Positions 52,701 to 62,649 are shown, counted from the stretch's first letter. The stretch is 64,000 nt of DNA from an uncultured Gemmatimonadales bacterium (GCA_963793305.1 CAWBZV010000005.1:768001-832000), one strand, 5' to 3'. Program-made: numbers and translations. The notes: generated by a model not told the origin, from the sequence alone.

Positions 52701-53124
52701 CGGACCCTTTCGGATCGCCGGGCTCGTCGAGTGGAGCCGGGGCGCCAGTGTACAGAACTACGACGACTATCAATTCTATTTCAGCACGTTGTACGGGGAT
52801 TCGGTGCATGCGGCCAAGGGGCTTCAGGGACTCTTGGCGGGCCAGCTGCCGCTCGTACAACCGGGTGACTATGTGAAACTTCGCTCGGCCAGCGTGAGCT
52901 ACCAGCTTCCGGCCGTGTGGACGAAGGTGCTGAGCGGAGGACGCATCACTAGCGCTCGGTTGTCACTCGAAGGCCGAAATCTCCTTTACTGGTTCAGTCC
53001 CAAGTTCACCGGGCTGGACCCGGAGACCAACTTCTACGGCGCCGCGAACACGACGCGTGGGATTGAGCTCTTCCCATACCCATCATCCCGCAGCTACTTC
53101 CTCGCTCTGGACCTCGGACTCTAG
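49795..53124 (+). CDS. SusC/RagA-like TonB-dependent transporter with N-terminal signalling (STN) domain
   Basis: PLYVVDGV, DLNPEDIESIEVLKGASASAIYGS plug motif; YP..RSYFLALDLGL terminus. Confidence 0.93.
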   Translation: MSIRPQVRIGLVVLIALASHAVEAQDVTPHVLATADRDRWVPATASTVAPMQRPIAVDFRQTPLAEALRTIAQQAGLEIGFGGEVERLKTSVSLHVDAMSVGSILGHVLMGTGLTAYASIDGTQILVRRPFAAEENQAKQDARIAGRVVDFASHQPLVGAAVTVTGTTIGVSTTDSGTFSVPLPADAKSLSVRRIGYLPQTVPLVAGQTDYTVALHQDVLHLEAQVVTGVATTVSSQNAANAISVVDGQQLNDVPTPTLENALQGQIPGALVSQNNGGAPGGGLQVQIRGITTLYANGSPLYVVDGVIVDNETVFSGTGAITYAVHSVAASNQDNGPNRIADLNPEDIESIEVLKGASASAIYGSKASAGVIIITTKRGKAGKAAWSVSQKVGHFSDARMFNLRTFPTLASAQAWYDNDVMGIYDAKTHTDTGAALGADNAYIASIYAGPQNFQSQLFGNKQLSYETDLSVSGTQGGTEYFLSGLTKYDNGTLINTGYNKQSIRSNITQQFSSRVSATANLFYANDVARRGITGDDADGISPTDVLSYTPQFVNLDHRNANGVWATNPFGPANAFADAAEISTPEATQRFIGGGTIDLMPFSTLHQTLRVQLIGGADIAHVLDALYAPSDLQIEQDQSLPGVATTQTSDIQYLNYSINIIHHYTGLSWLDATTSAGFAGEKRSLVNTETVSQNVLSGLDNPASGTVQTNFYNRTGQRDQSWYAQEQLLLLDQRLSLTGGVTAEQSTNDGSVGQFYAYPRYSASYRIPRLAGFVDELKVRAAYGESGTQPVYGVRYSPLGTNVAGGQPGLTGDSILGAANVRPETEQEIELGLDATLLHARAQFSATVYQKRITNLLLQAGVNPSRGYGEEWINGGEFTNQGIELSLQATPVQIKNGLTWFTSTSFARNYSVVNSLPVAPFYDYDGSWIQVGRSVSDIVNSSVIDKNGAPQQVGDGEPAYTMNFNNSLTYGPFRIAGLVEWSRGASVQNYDDYQFYFSTLYGDSVHAAKGLQGLLAGQLPLVQPGDYVKLRSASVSYQLPAVWTKVLSGGRITSARLSLEGRNLLYWFSPKFTGLDPETNFYGAANTTRGIELFPYPSSRSYFLALDLGL

Positions 53125-53125
53125 C

Positions 53126-54641
53126 GTGCGTGCAACAGTGTTTGGAAAAGCGTTGGTGAGCAGCGTGGCACTCGTCGCGCTGACGGCCTGCAAGGATAGT
53201 GTCGTGCCGTACTTCGACGCACCCACGGCTGTGCCAACAACCGTGACGGGTGTCCAAAACGCGGTGACCGGCCTGCTCGGCGCGACGCGGGGTGATCAGT
53301 GGAACTATCTGCTATTCACCACATCGTTCGCCCGCGATTTCTTTGAGCTCAACGAAGGCGAGCTTCCGGCCGTGCAGCTCGCGAGCGGCATCGAGCCGTC
53401 GCTGCCCGACGCGAGCACCTGGGCGTGGAGCCAAGAGTACGTCGACATCAAAGAGGCCAATCAGATCATGGCGACGGTGCGGACGTCGGCCGTCTATAGC
53501 CCGGCGCAGAGCGCAGCCGTGATCGGCGTGGTGCAAACGATCAAGGCCCTCAACTTCATGTATTTGGCCGAGACGCGGGATTCGCTCGGGATTCCGCTGT
53601 ACGCAGTCGATAGCAACCCAATCGACCCACCCTACTGCAACAAGGACGTTCTGGCAATACATCGTGGCGCTGCTCGACTCGGCAGAGGCCGAGCTCAGCG
53701 TGGCGGGTCCGATCCCGTTACCAGTGATCCTCCAGCCTGGCTTCGCGTCCGTCAGTCAGGCCGCGGCGCCGAGCACCGTACAGGGTGCGTTCGCCGCGTT
53801 CAATCGCGCGCTCGCCGGCAAGGCGGGGCTCGAATACGCGTACGCGATCGCCCGGAACGCTCCCGCGACGCACCCAACGCCATCGAGCCCGGGCGCGCCG
53901 GACCGCACCGCCTTGCAACGCGCGGACAGCGCGCTCACGGCATCGGCGCTCTACAACCCCTCCGTGATCGCACCGCCAGTCGCTGGCAGCTTCGTCCTCG
54001 ACCCATACGGCGTGTACCACGACTTCAGCGGGCAATCCGGGGATGCGCAAAACCCGATTGTGTCCATCGGATTCTACCTGTTTGATGCGCTGGACGACTT
54101 GTCGAATGATGTGGACACGGTCAACGACCTGCGGTGGCAGCGCAAGTTTGTCCTCGATCCACACGCGGCGCAGACATCGTACGGCGGCGTATCGAACGGA
54201 TATAACTTTTTGCCGTACGCCTCGGTGAGCAGCCCGGTCCCGATCGTGCGTGCCGAAGAATTGGCGTTGGTCCGCGCGCAAATCCAGCTCGGGTTAGGCA
54301 ACTTTGCCAATGCGATCACGCTCATCAACCAGGTCCACCAGCAGGCCGGTGGGTTTGCGACGGCGCTCTCGATCGCGCCGACGTACACCGCGGTTCGGGA
54401 TAGCTTGCTCAAGGAGCAGCGGATCTCGACCGTGCTGGAAGGCAGCGCCGACCGGGTCATCGCGCTTCGCATGTACCATCTGGAAGCGGTTGCCGACACC
54501 ACGTGGCAGGCCCATTCGGGTCCGGACGAGGCCGTGGACGCGACGCTCGGGTCGACCATGGACTACCATACCACCGTCATGTGGATCCCACAGCAGGAGA
54601 TCACATCACGCGGTGGGGCCTGGAAGCCCGTCTGCCCATGA
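53126..54641 (+). CDS. SusD/RagB-like lipoprotein; +1 frameshift at 53649-53650
   Basis: Lipobox LTAC; PIVRAEELALVRA and LLKEQRIS...EG..R; directly follows susC. Confidence 0.82.
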
Positions 54642-57232
54642 AGCGAATGCTGTGGGCCGTCGCATGGCTCGTGTCAGGCGCGTCCGCACCGAACAAGCGA
54701 ATGGTCGAATTCACGATCGAATCGCACAAAGCGTATCGCGATCCGTTCAATGATGTGGATGTGGATGTCATCTTCAGCCGGAACGGTGAGTCCTGGCGGA
54801 TTCCGGCATTCTGGCGAGGAGGAAGTCGCTGGACGGTTCGCTTCGCGCCCCCGGTCGCCGGGGAGTACACATACCGGCTGCAAGCCACTGATTCCCAGAA
54901 CCCGGATCTCAATGGCCATCCGGGTCAGGTGCTCGTGGCGGCATATGCGGGCGGCAGTCCTCTCCTCAAACACGGCACGCTGCGAGTCAGCCCTAACCAT
55001 CGGTACTTGGAACATGCCGATGGGACGCCGTTCTACTGGCTGGGCGATACGTGGTGGATGGGTGCCTCGGGCCGGCTCTCCTGGAGTGATTTCCAAACGC
55101 TGACCGCGGACCGCAAGGCCAAGGGCTTCACCGTCGTGCAAATGGCGGCGGGATTGGTGCCGTATGAAGAAGAGTGTCCGCAGGATCCAGGCTGCGGCAA
55201 CGAAGGCGGAGCCGTGTGGGGGCCAGGTTTTGTGCGCATCAATCCTGGATTCTTCGATGCGTTGGACCGGCGCATACAACTGCTGGTGGACGCGGGCATC
55301 GTGCCGGAAATCGAAGGCGCGTGGAACAGCTACCTAGGCGAAATGGGCGTGGCGAAAATGAAACAGCATTTTCGTTATCTCATCGCCCGTTATGGCGCGT
55401 ACCCGGTCGTGTGGAACCTATCCGATGATCTCGACGATGCGCCGGCCAGCATCGCCGCGCGTATTTCGCAAGCGTATCCGGGTGCGGTCACCGCGGGCTG
55501 GACCGAGATCGCGCGCTACATTCAGGCCACTGATCCGTATCACCATCTGCTCACGGTCAACGAGGGTTCCCCGCCGTTCGACAATCCTCTCCAGGAAGAC
55601 ACGATCACCGATTTTGATCAGGTGCAGCCGTCCCATACGGGCGCACCGAGCCTCAGTAATGAAGTGATGGAGCTCGATACGCACTATGCCCGTTCCGACC
55701 TGATCAAGCCCACGGTGGTCGGCGAGATCAACTACGAAGCGATCTATGGCCATAATGACGAAGAAATCGAACGGATGGGGTTTTGGCTGGCGATGTTGAA
55801 CGGGGCCGCCGGCTATACGTACGGTGCCGCGCCGACCTACGAGGTCAACAACCCGCTCGTGCCCTTGCATCGCCGGCAGTACACGTTCTTGACGTGGAAA
55901 GAGGGGATGAATTTTGCTGGCTCCTCCGACGTGAGTCTAGGCGCCAAGTTCCTCCAGCAGTTCCCATGGTGGCAAATGGCGCCGCATCCCGAATGGGTCA
56001 CGCCGGGTGGTACGACGTTGCTCGAGCCGCATCGAGGCAAAGCATTCGATCTCGATAACTTTGACTGGCATCTCCTGGAGAACCCCAATGGCACTCCGAC
56101 GGACGACGCGCTGCGCGCACCGGAAACGATCCTTCCGGGCGGCGCATGGAAAGCACGCGGCGGCACCTTTCGTCGTCCGTACGCCGCCGGCATCCCCGGA
56201 AAGCTCAGAATAATCTACACGTCGGGCTTTCCCGTCCCGCCCACCATCCTCGGTCTGGAGCAGGGCGTGCGCTATCGTGCCTACTACTGGGAGCCCACGC
56301 TGGGGATCAAGTTCGACCTGGGGAGTGTCGCGGTGCCAAAGCCAGGAGCGGTCGAGCTGCAGGAACGATTCGATGGGGCCGATACCGCGAGTTGGTCAGA
56401 GCGAGGTGTCGTCGAGGCTCGCCGCTGGGGTGGCACGTTGATCGCCGCGGGTGAGACGATGAGCATCGCCGACAAAGTCACACTGCGCGATGTCGTTGTC
56501 GGTGTTGACGCGCGGAGCGATGCCTCGGCCGGGTTGGTGTTGCGGTTCGAGGATTCCAGTAACTATGTGTCCGCGATATTCTCTGCCAAAGAGAAGGTCC
56601 TCTACTGGATGGTGCGAGCGAAAGGCATCAATGGCGGGAGATTGGGTGTGACGCCGGTCGCCTCGCTGGGGCCGAATGTGCATCTGAGTGCGGAGTCACG
56701 CGCGGAATGGGGGATGCTCGCGATCACAGATGGTCAACGAACGTACTCGACGCCGATCGTGGATATTGCAGGGCAAAGCCCACCGGCGGCACCATTCGTC
56801 GCGGATGTCAGCCAGATCAAAGCGGGCGCCGTCGGTCTCATGCATCCCGACAACGGTCCGTTCCAGCAGTTCGCTGACTTCGAGGTGCATCAAAGCCCTC
56901 CGATTCCTCCGGACACGAATCTCCAGAGAAAACTCTTCGATGCGCACGGGGTGTATCGCGGCGAGTTGAGCGGACCCGGGTGGGATGATTGGGGCAGGAA
57001 TAAGGCGATCCTCCTCAACGCGTATCGTCCAGAGCGCCTGCCCACGATTCAGGATTGGGTTCTCGTGCTCGAATGCAACATCAACTATGTCGGATGCCAA
57101 CAACCGCTGAGCACCGCAGGTCTACGTGGAACGAAAACTGAGCATCAGTCTGCTGGCACTAAGCCTTGTGCTCGTGTGCCCGAACACACTGCGCGCGCAA
57201 TCGATCGCGGCGGACAGCTTCGGGCCGATTGA
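54638..57232 (+). CDS. DUF5060/DUF4038 (apiosidase-like) glycoside hydrolase
   Basis: WTVRFAP, DGTPFYWLGDTWW, RKAKGFTVVQ, YLIARYGA, GEINYE, GYTYG. Confidence 0.78.
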   Translation: MKRMLWAVAWLVSGASAPNKRMVEFTIESHKAYRDPFNDVDVDVIFSRNGESWRIPAFWRGGSRWTVRFAPPVAGEYTYRLQATDSQNPDLNGHPGQVLVAAYAGGSPLLKHGTLRVSPNHRYLEHADGTPFYWLGDTWWMGASGRLSWSDFQTLTADRKAKGFTVVQMAAGLVPYEEECPQDPGCGNEGGAVWGPGFVRINPGFFDALDRRIQLLVDAGIVPEIEGAWNSYLGEMGVAKMKQHFRYLIARYGAYPVVWNLSDDLDDAPASIAARISQAYPGAVTAGWTEIARYIQATDPYHHLLTVNEGSPPFDNPLQEDTITDFDQVQPSHTGAPSLSNEVMELDTHYARSDLIKPTVVGEINYEAIYGHNDEEIERMGFWLAMLNGAAGYTYGAAPTYEVNNPLVPLHRRQYTFLTWKEGMNFAGSSDVSLGAKFLQQFPWWQMAPHPEWVTPGGTTLLEPHRGKAFDLDNFDWHLLENPNGTPTDDALRAPETILPGGAWKARGGTFRRPYAAGIPGKLRIIYTSGFPVPPTILGLEQGVRYRAYYWEPTLGIKFDLGSVAVPKPGAVELQERFDGADTASWSERGVVEARRWGGTLIAAGETMSIADKVTLRDVVVGVDARSDASAGLVLRFEDSSNYVSAIFSAKEKVLYWMVRAKGINGGRLGVTPVASLGPNVHLSAESRAEWGMLAITDGQRTYSTPIVDIAGQSPPAAPFVADVSQIKAGAVGLMHPDNGPFQQFADFEVHQSPPIPPDTNLQRKLFDAHGVYRGELSGPGWDDWGRNKAILLNAYRPERLPTIQDWVLVLECNINYVGCQQPLSTAGLRGTKTEHQSAGTKPCARVPEHTARAIDRGGQLRAD

Positions 57233-58393
57233 TTTCCCGCCGACCGCGGATGGGCGACTCGTTCTCGCCGTTGATTTCCATTCGCACACGGTCTTCTCTG
57301 ACGGCTTAGTCTGGCCCAGCATCCGGGTCGATGAGGCCGATCAGGAGGGATTGGCCGGCATAGCGATAACCGACCACCTCGAATGGCAACCCCACCGCGA
57401 CGACATTCCAAACCCCGACCGAAATCGCTCCTACGATTTGGCGGCGGCCGAAGCGAAAAGTTTTGGCCGAGAGTAGCCACCATCTGCCAATCATCGTGAT
57501 TAGAGGAACCGAAATCACTCGCGGTGTTCCTCCAGGCCACCTGAACGCTGTGTTTCTAAAAGACGTGAGCGCCCTGCTGGAGCCAAGTTACCCCGTCATG
57601 TCGAGGGACGAAGATGAGATCAAATGTGAGAGGTGAGGATACGCCCGATCATCGGCGCAGTTTCTATAATGCGGTGATGAAGGCCCATAACCAGGGCGGC
57701 TTCATCTTCCTGAACCACCCGTTCAATAACTTCGATGACAAGGGTGATTGGGACAAATTCAATCTGAGCTTGATCAAACAGGGCCTGACTGATGGAATCG
57801 AGGTCGCGAATGCGCAACTGTACGTTGAGGCCGCATTCCAACTTGCCTTGGACCAAAATCTCGCGATCATCGGTTCAGCGGACCTTCACGATGCGGCTGC
57901 CAGGTGGCCGTATGAGCTGGGCGAAGCTTCGCGAGTCAGTGCGAACAAGCGTGCGCACAGGACAGTCACCTTGGTGCTGGCTCAGAGTCGAGACGAGGCT
58001 GGCATTCATGACGCCCTGAACAAGCGGACGACGGTTGCGCTATTCAGTCAGCAAATATTTGGGCGCGAAGCCGACCTTGACGCGATTTTGGCGTCAACGC
58101 TGGGTTACCGTATCAGCCGTCCTGTCGGACCAAACGCCATTCCTCATAACATTGTTATCACGCTTCTCAATCGAAGCACCATCCCCTTCACTGTCCACTA
58201 CACCGGTGCGCGCGCACCGTCGACGGCCAGCCGTGACTGGGTCGTACCGCCAAAAGGCGAGACAGAAGTCGAATTCTGGCCGCCGGAGGTGGGCGCTGGC
58301 GCACTGGTCGAACCCATAACAGTGGAGGTGATGAATGCGTTTGTCGCGCCACAAAAGCACGCCGTGGTCACGCTGAGGCCGGCTTCTCCCTGA
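57126..58393 (+). CDS. Secreted PHP-domain phosphoesterase; two +1 frameshifts (about 57456-57464 and 57622-57624)
   Basis: DFHSHTVFSDG, AITDH, GTEITR..PPGHLNA (middle frame), NHP, GSADLH. Confidence 0.75.
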
Positions 58394-58473
58394 CGAGTGT
58401 GTGGCGGCCGGCCAGCCACGTGGCGGCCATGATGAACAGCCGCTCATCGACTGGGGCGACGGTGGCAGTCCTT

Positions 58474-58640
58474 GCGACGTTGCGCGCTTCCGCCCCTCGC
58501 TCATGACCGCGAGGAGCGCGTCGTTTGTGGGCCGTTGATAGCAGGTGAGCAATGTCGCGGTGTTCTTCCATCCGCCCGCGGCCGCAATATGGTCGAGCGT
58601 CTGCAGGCCAGCTCGCTCTTCCGCCTTCTCGAGATACCAA
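58474..58640 (-). pseudogene. Remnant of an integrase C-terminus with an internal deletion
   Basis: KAEERAGL...AGGWKNTATLLTCYQRPTNDALLAVMSEGRK aligns to the element 1 integrase; the HxxR segment is missing. Confidence 0.8.
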
Positions 58641-58960
58641 CCGATGAAGTCCGCCGCGATCTCGCGCCGGCGGTTCGAGCCTAGCACGTCGCGCGGGCTT
58701 CGACTTCCAGCCAATGTTCAATAGGTGTGGTCTCAGCCGCGATCGTGCTGCCGCAGTTGGGCCGCTCACCCTGTAGTGACCACTCCGCGGCGCCGCCCGT
58801 TCAATGACAACGGCATGATCGGTGGCACATGGTACACCAATTTTACATAGTGCCAGCTATGGCACGTAGGAGTGTGCATGCATTGAGCGCCCAATCACCG
58901 AATGCAATTGCAACCGGCGACGAGCTTGCCCGCGTCGGAGGGTTGCTGCAAACTGCGGGG

Positions 58961-59977
58961 ATGCGTTGGACGATCGATCGTACGAAGCCCGTGGGAGAGC
59001 GCATTCGCGACGTGCGGGCGGGCGGTCGCCGTCGCGTGACGCTGTTGGTTCTGCTATCGATGGGCGCGTGCAGCCGCACATCCAACCAAGTAGTCGCCGT
59101 GCAGAAGCCGGCATCGAGCACCACGGGGCCGATGGACTATACGCCACCCGCGGATTCCCTCATCCCGAACGATGCGCTCGGAGCATCAATCCGTCGTGGT
59201 CTCGCGTTGATCATTCATACCACCGACAGTTTGTCCGCGTACGCGCCGAGCACCTTGCAGTGCGCCAGCTGTCACATCGACGCCGGCCGGCGTCGCGACG
59301 CGGCGGGATTGCTCGGCGCGTACTCGCGCTTCCCCAAATATATGGACCGCTCTGGCGCGGTTGTTCCCGTCGAAGATCGGATCAACTATTGTTTTACACG
59401 CAGTCTCGCGGGGAGCAGAATTCCTAACGACAGTCGCGAGATGCAGGACATTGTCGCGTACGTGGCATATATCTCCCGCGGCGTGCCGGTGGGGCGCCAT
59501 GTGATCGGCGAAGGCATGCCCGCGATGCCCAAGCTCAGCGGGGATAGCGCTCGTGGATCGCTGATCTTCGCGCAAACCTGTGCCGTGTGCCACGGTCAGG
59601 GCGGACGAGGTAACCCACCGGCATTTCCGGCGCTGTGGGGACCGAGCTCCTTCAGCATTGGTGCGTCGATGGCCCGTCAGGAGCGGGCGGCTACCTTCAT
59701 CAAGCACTTCATGCCGCAAAACAATCCGGGCTCGCTCAACGATCAGCAGGCATACGACGTGGCCGCTTTTGTCGATTCCCACGCGCGGCCGGATTCGCCG
59801 GGTAAGGAAGGCGATTGGCCCTCGGGCGGAGCGCCGTACGACGTGCCGTACAACACGAAGGGACACGTCGCCTTCCGCCCGCCGTCCGCGAAGCTGTTTC
59901 CGCGCTCACACCCCGAACTGGGGCTTGTACCGCCGCCCCCCTCGGTCCTGAGGCCGTGGGTCTCGACGACGCGATGA
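58961..59977 (+). CDS. tsdA: Diheme cytochrome c, TsdA (thiosulfate dehydrogenase)-like lipoprotein (start uncertain)
   Basis: CASCH and CAVCH, RINYCFTRS distal Cys, PALWGPSSFSIGASMAR, FMP. Confidence 0.75.
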   Translation: MRWTIDRTKPVGERIRDVRAGGRRRVTLLVLLSMGACSRTSNQVVAVQKPASSTTGPMDYTPPADSLIPNDALGASIRRGLALIIHTTDSLSAYAPSTLQCASCHIDAGRRRDAAGLLGAYSRFPKYMDRSGAVVPVEDRINYCFTRSLAGSRIPNDSREMQDIVAYVAYISRGVPVGRHVIGEGMPAMPKLSGDSARGSLIFAQTCAVCHGQGGRGNPPAFPALWGPSSFSIGASMARQERAATFIKHFMPQNNPGSLNDQQAYDVAAFVDSHARPDSPGKEGDWPSGGAPYDVPYNTKGHVAFRPPSAKLFPRSHPELGLVPPPPSVLRPWVSTTR

Positions 59978-60005
59978 ACGCAGATCTGCCCCCTCACTGG
60001 GGTTC

Positions 60006-60236
60006 ATGATGGCAGGCGAACGCGACGCTCGTGACACGGCATTGGCTCGGCGCGGTTTTCTTGGCAGACTCATTGCCGGGCGGCCAGCCTGGTAGCTGGC
60101 CAACCTCGGCTCGTACGACGAGATTCATGCCGCCATCCTCGCCAATCTCTTGCCAGGCGTCATCACGGTGCCCGCGATCAATGTGGCGCTGACGCAGTTG
60201 CAGGAGCATGGGGTGAAGTACGAAAAGGTCGAGTAA
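60006..60236 (+). pseudogene. Deleted remnant of a Tat-exported DsrE-like protein
   Basis: RRGFLGRL Tat motif, in-frame TAG at 60093, then ANLLPGVITVPAINVALTQLQEHGVKY. Confidence 0.5.
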
Positions 60237-60361
60237 CACAGCGCCTTCGCACGATCGATGGGCCGCGCGCCTGGCGGCACCGTGAGTCTTACGTTGGCCG
60301 CGCACATAGGTGTAGACTACCACGCGTTGCCCAACCCCGGATTCGTAGCGGAGGACTCACA

Positions 60362-61633
60362 GTGCGAAGGACAGGCTTGGATGAAACGCCCGCAGAGCCA
60401 GCTGGCGCGATGGATCGACGCCGGGCAGTCGGTGTCGCGGCGGGACTCCTTGGCGGAGTCGTCCTCGGCGGTGCGACGGCGGGTGTGCTGGCCCAGCAGA
60501 CGGTAGCGACGCCTGTCGCACCTGAAGACGCATCGACGATGCCGGGCCTGCCGTCCGGCGCTCTCGGTATCCGCTCGCCATTCGAGACGCCGGCGCTGAC
60601 GCCGATCGGCGTCACGACTGGCGCGTCGTTCTCGCCGCTGCAAAGTATCTCGGGGACGATCACGCCATCCGATCTGCACTTCCAGCGACATCACAACGGC
60701 ATCGCCGTCATCGACCCACGACGGTACAGCCTCACGATCCACGGGCTCGTCGATCGCCCGATGGTGTTCTCGCTCCAGGATCTCCGGCGGTTCCCCGCGG
60801 TGACACGCACGTGCTTCATCGAATGTTCGGGCAACGGGCGCTCAGCGTATCGCACGCCCAAGCCAACGATGACGGCGCAAGATGTGGACGGGCTGACGAG
60901 CAACTCGGAGTGGACCGGCGTGCCGGTCGCGACGTTGTTCAACGAAGTTGGCGTCCAACGGACGGCGAAGTGGATCTTGGCGGAAGGCGGCGACGCGTCG
61001 CGTTTGTCGCGCAGCATTCCACTTGACAAGATGCTCGATGATGCGCTGATCGCGTATGCGCAGAACGGCGAAGCCGTTCGCATGCCCAACGGCTACCCGG
61101 CGCGGTTGCTGCTCCCGGGATACGAGGGCAACATGAACATCAAGTGGATCCGTCGCCTCAAGGCCATCGATCAACCGAACATGTCGAAAGACGAAACCTC
61201 CAAGTACACGGACCCGCTCCCGGACGGGACCGCGCGGCAGTTCAGCTTCATCATGGATGCGAAGTCGATCATTACCTCGCCGTCCTATCCCATGCAGCTC
61301 ACGAGCCATGGCTGGTGGCCGGTGACCGGTCTCGCCTGGACCGGCCGCGGCAAAATCACGCGCGTCGATGTCAGCACTGATGGGGGGCGCAGTTGGACGC
61401 AGGCGGAGCTGGTCGGGCCGGTGCTGCCGATGGCGCACACGCGCTTTCGGCACATGTGGCAGTGGGACGGCACGCCCGCGCGCCTCATGAGCCGGGCGAT
61501 CGACGAGACGGGATACGTGCAACCGACGTTGGAGACGTTTCGCCGCGTGCGCGGAGCCGGCACCGACTACCACTTCAACTCGGTGCGCACGTGGCGGGTC
61601 GACCAGGATGGCCACGTCCTTTTCGAGGGGTGA
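60362..61633 (+). CDS. soxC: SoxC-like molybdopterin sulfite/sulfane dehydrogenase
   Basis: Twin-Arg leader, ITPSDLHFQRHH, FIECSGN, NGYPARLLLPGYEGN, DETSKYTD. Confidence 0.85.
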   Translation: MRRTGLDETPAEPAGAMDRRRAVGVAAGLLGGVVLGGATAGVLAQQTVATPVAPEDASTMPGLPSGALGIRSPFETPALTPIGVTTGASFSPLQSISGTITPSDLHFQRHHNGIAVIDPRRYSLTIHGLVDRPMVFSLQDLRRFPAVTRTCFIECSGNGRSAYRTPKPTMTAQDVDGLTSNSEWTGVPVATLFNEVGVQRTAKWILAEGGDASRLSRSIPLDKMLDDALIAYAQNGEAVRMPNGYPARLLLPGYEGNMNIKWIRRLKAIDQPNMSKDETSKYTDPLPDGTARQFSFIMDAKSIITSPSYPMQLTSHGWWPVTGLAWTGRGKITRVDVSTDGGRSWTQAELVGPVLPMAHTRFRHMWQWDGTPARLMSRAIDETGYVQPTLETFRRVRGAGTDYHFNSVRTWRVDQDGHVLFEG

Positions 61634-61635
61634 CC

Positions 61636-62253
61636 ATGCGCTCCGCACGTCTCCTCATGTGGTCTGTCGCCACCGCGGCAGTCGCGACTTCGTGCCGCTT
61701 TGCGCCGTCGAGTGAAAAGGCCGCGGGGTTACCGATCGCGGCATTGCCCACGTCACTCCCAGCGCACCTCGACATTGGGCGTCCGGCGACGCCGGCGGAC
61801 ATCGGGCCGATCGATATCGATGCGAATCCAGCCGGTGCGGGGCTGCCGGCCGGGCAGGGCACGTACGCGCTAGGTGCGGTGATCTACACCCGGAAGTGCG
61901 CGGTCTGTCATGGCGCCAACGGCGAAGGGATTGCGCCGGCGCCTCGTCTCATCGGCGCCGAGCCGCGACAGGGTTTCCCGTTCGGGAAAGACTTCGCGAT
62001 TCCGAAGACGATCGGCAACTACTGGCCCTACGCCACGACGCTGTACGATTATGTGCATCGCGCCATGCCGCTCGTCGCACCCGGATCCTTATCGCCGGAT
62101 GAGACCTACGCGCTCGTCGCGTATCTGCTGGCGGAAAACGACGTCATACCGCGCACCGCGGTCATGAACGCGCAGACGCTTCCGAAGGTTCAGATGCCAG
62201 CGCGCACGCATTTCGTACCGGACGATCGCTCAGGCGGCCAGCCGTTTCGGTGA
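61636..62253 (+). CDS. SoxD-like monoheme cytochrome c
   Basis: Lipobox-like ATSC, CAVCH, KTIGNYWPYATTLYDYVHRAMP. Confidence 0.8.
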   Translation: MRSARLLMWSVATAAVATSCRFAPSSEKAAGLPIAALPTSLPAHLDIGRPATPADIGPIDIDANPAGAGLPAGQGTYALGAVIYTRKCAVCHGANGEGIAPAPRLIGAEPRQGFPFGKDFAIPKTIGNYWPYATTLYDYVHRAMPLVAPGSLSPDETYALVAYLLAENDVIPRTAVMNAQTLPKVQMPARTHFVPDDRSGGQPFR

Positions 62254-62282
62254 ACGCGGAAGGGTAGATTCATCCCGTCGTC

Positions 62283-62488
62283 GGCCCGTTTGTTGGTCCG
62301 TTTCTCTCGACAAACTCCGTCATCCGGGGCAGGGAACCACGGCACCGATGCCCGGTTCTCCTCTGAACGCCGTCAAGTTGACGGACTTCGATATGATCGT
62401 AACTTGGTTTGCAACCAGGAGGTCAGGGGTTCGATCCCCCTCCGCTCCATGGACTTAAGTTTTGGTTGGCCTGTTTCTCGGCCCGTTT
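62283..62488 (+). repeat. att junction 2: left arm, 46-bp tRNA-Ala 3' core (62405-62450) and right arm
   Basis: Core identical to the other two copies; arm pairs at 62283/62295 and 62468/62480. Confidence 0.92.
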
Positions 62489-62501
62489 CTACCGAACGGC
62501 C

Positions 62502-62533
62502 ACGCGCGATCGATCACTGCCACGTCGCGCACT
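62502..62533 (-). pseudogene. Integrase 3'-end remnant
   Basis: 30/32 nt identical to 21518-21549, the last codons of the element 1 integrase. Confidence 0.7.
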
Positions 62534-62649
62534 GTCCGGTCCTCGTTCGTGACCAACTCGGTCGCCTGAGCCTCGGCGTTCCGTGCACGGTTTCCGTCTC
62601 ATGCCGATGGCGAGGCGTGACGTTTCAAACCGCAAACCGTCGCTCGGGC

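Larger units (their letters stand above)
42773..62450. mobile_element. Integrative element 2 in tandem, without an intact integrase
   Basis: Bounded by identical 46-bp cores; right end shares 77/78 bp with the right end of element 1. Confidence 0.8.
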
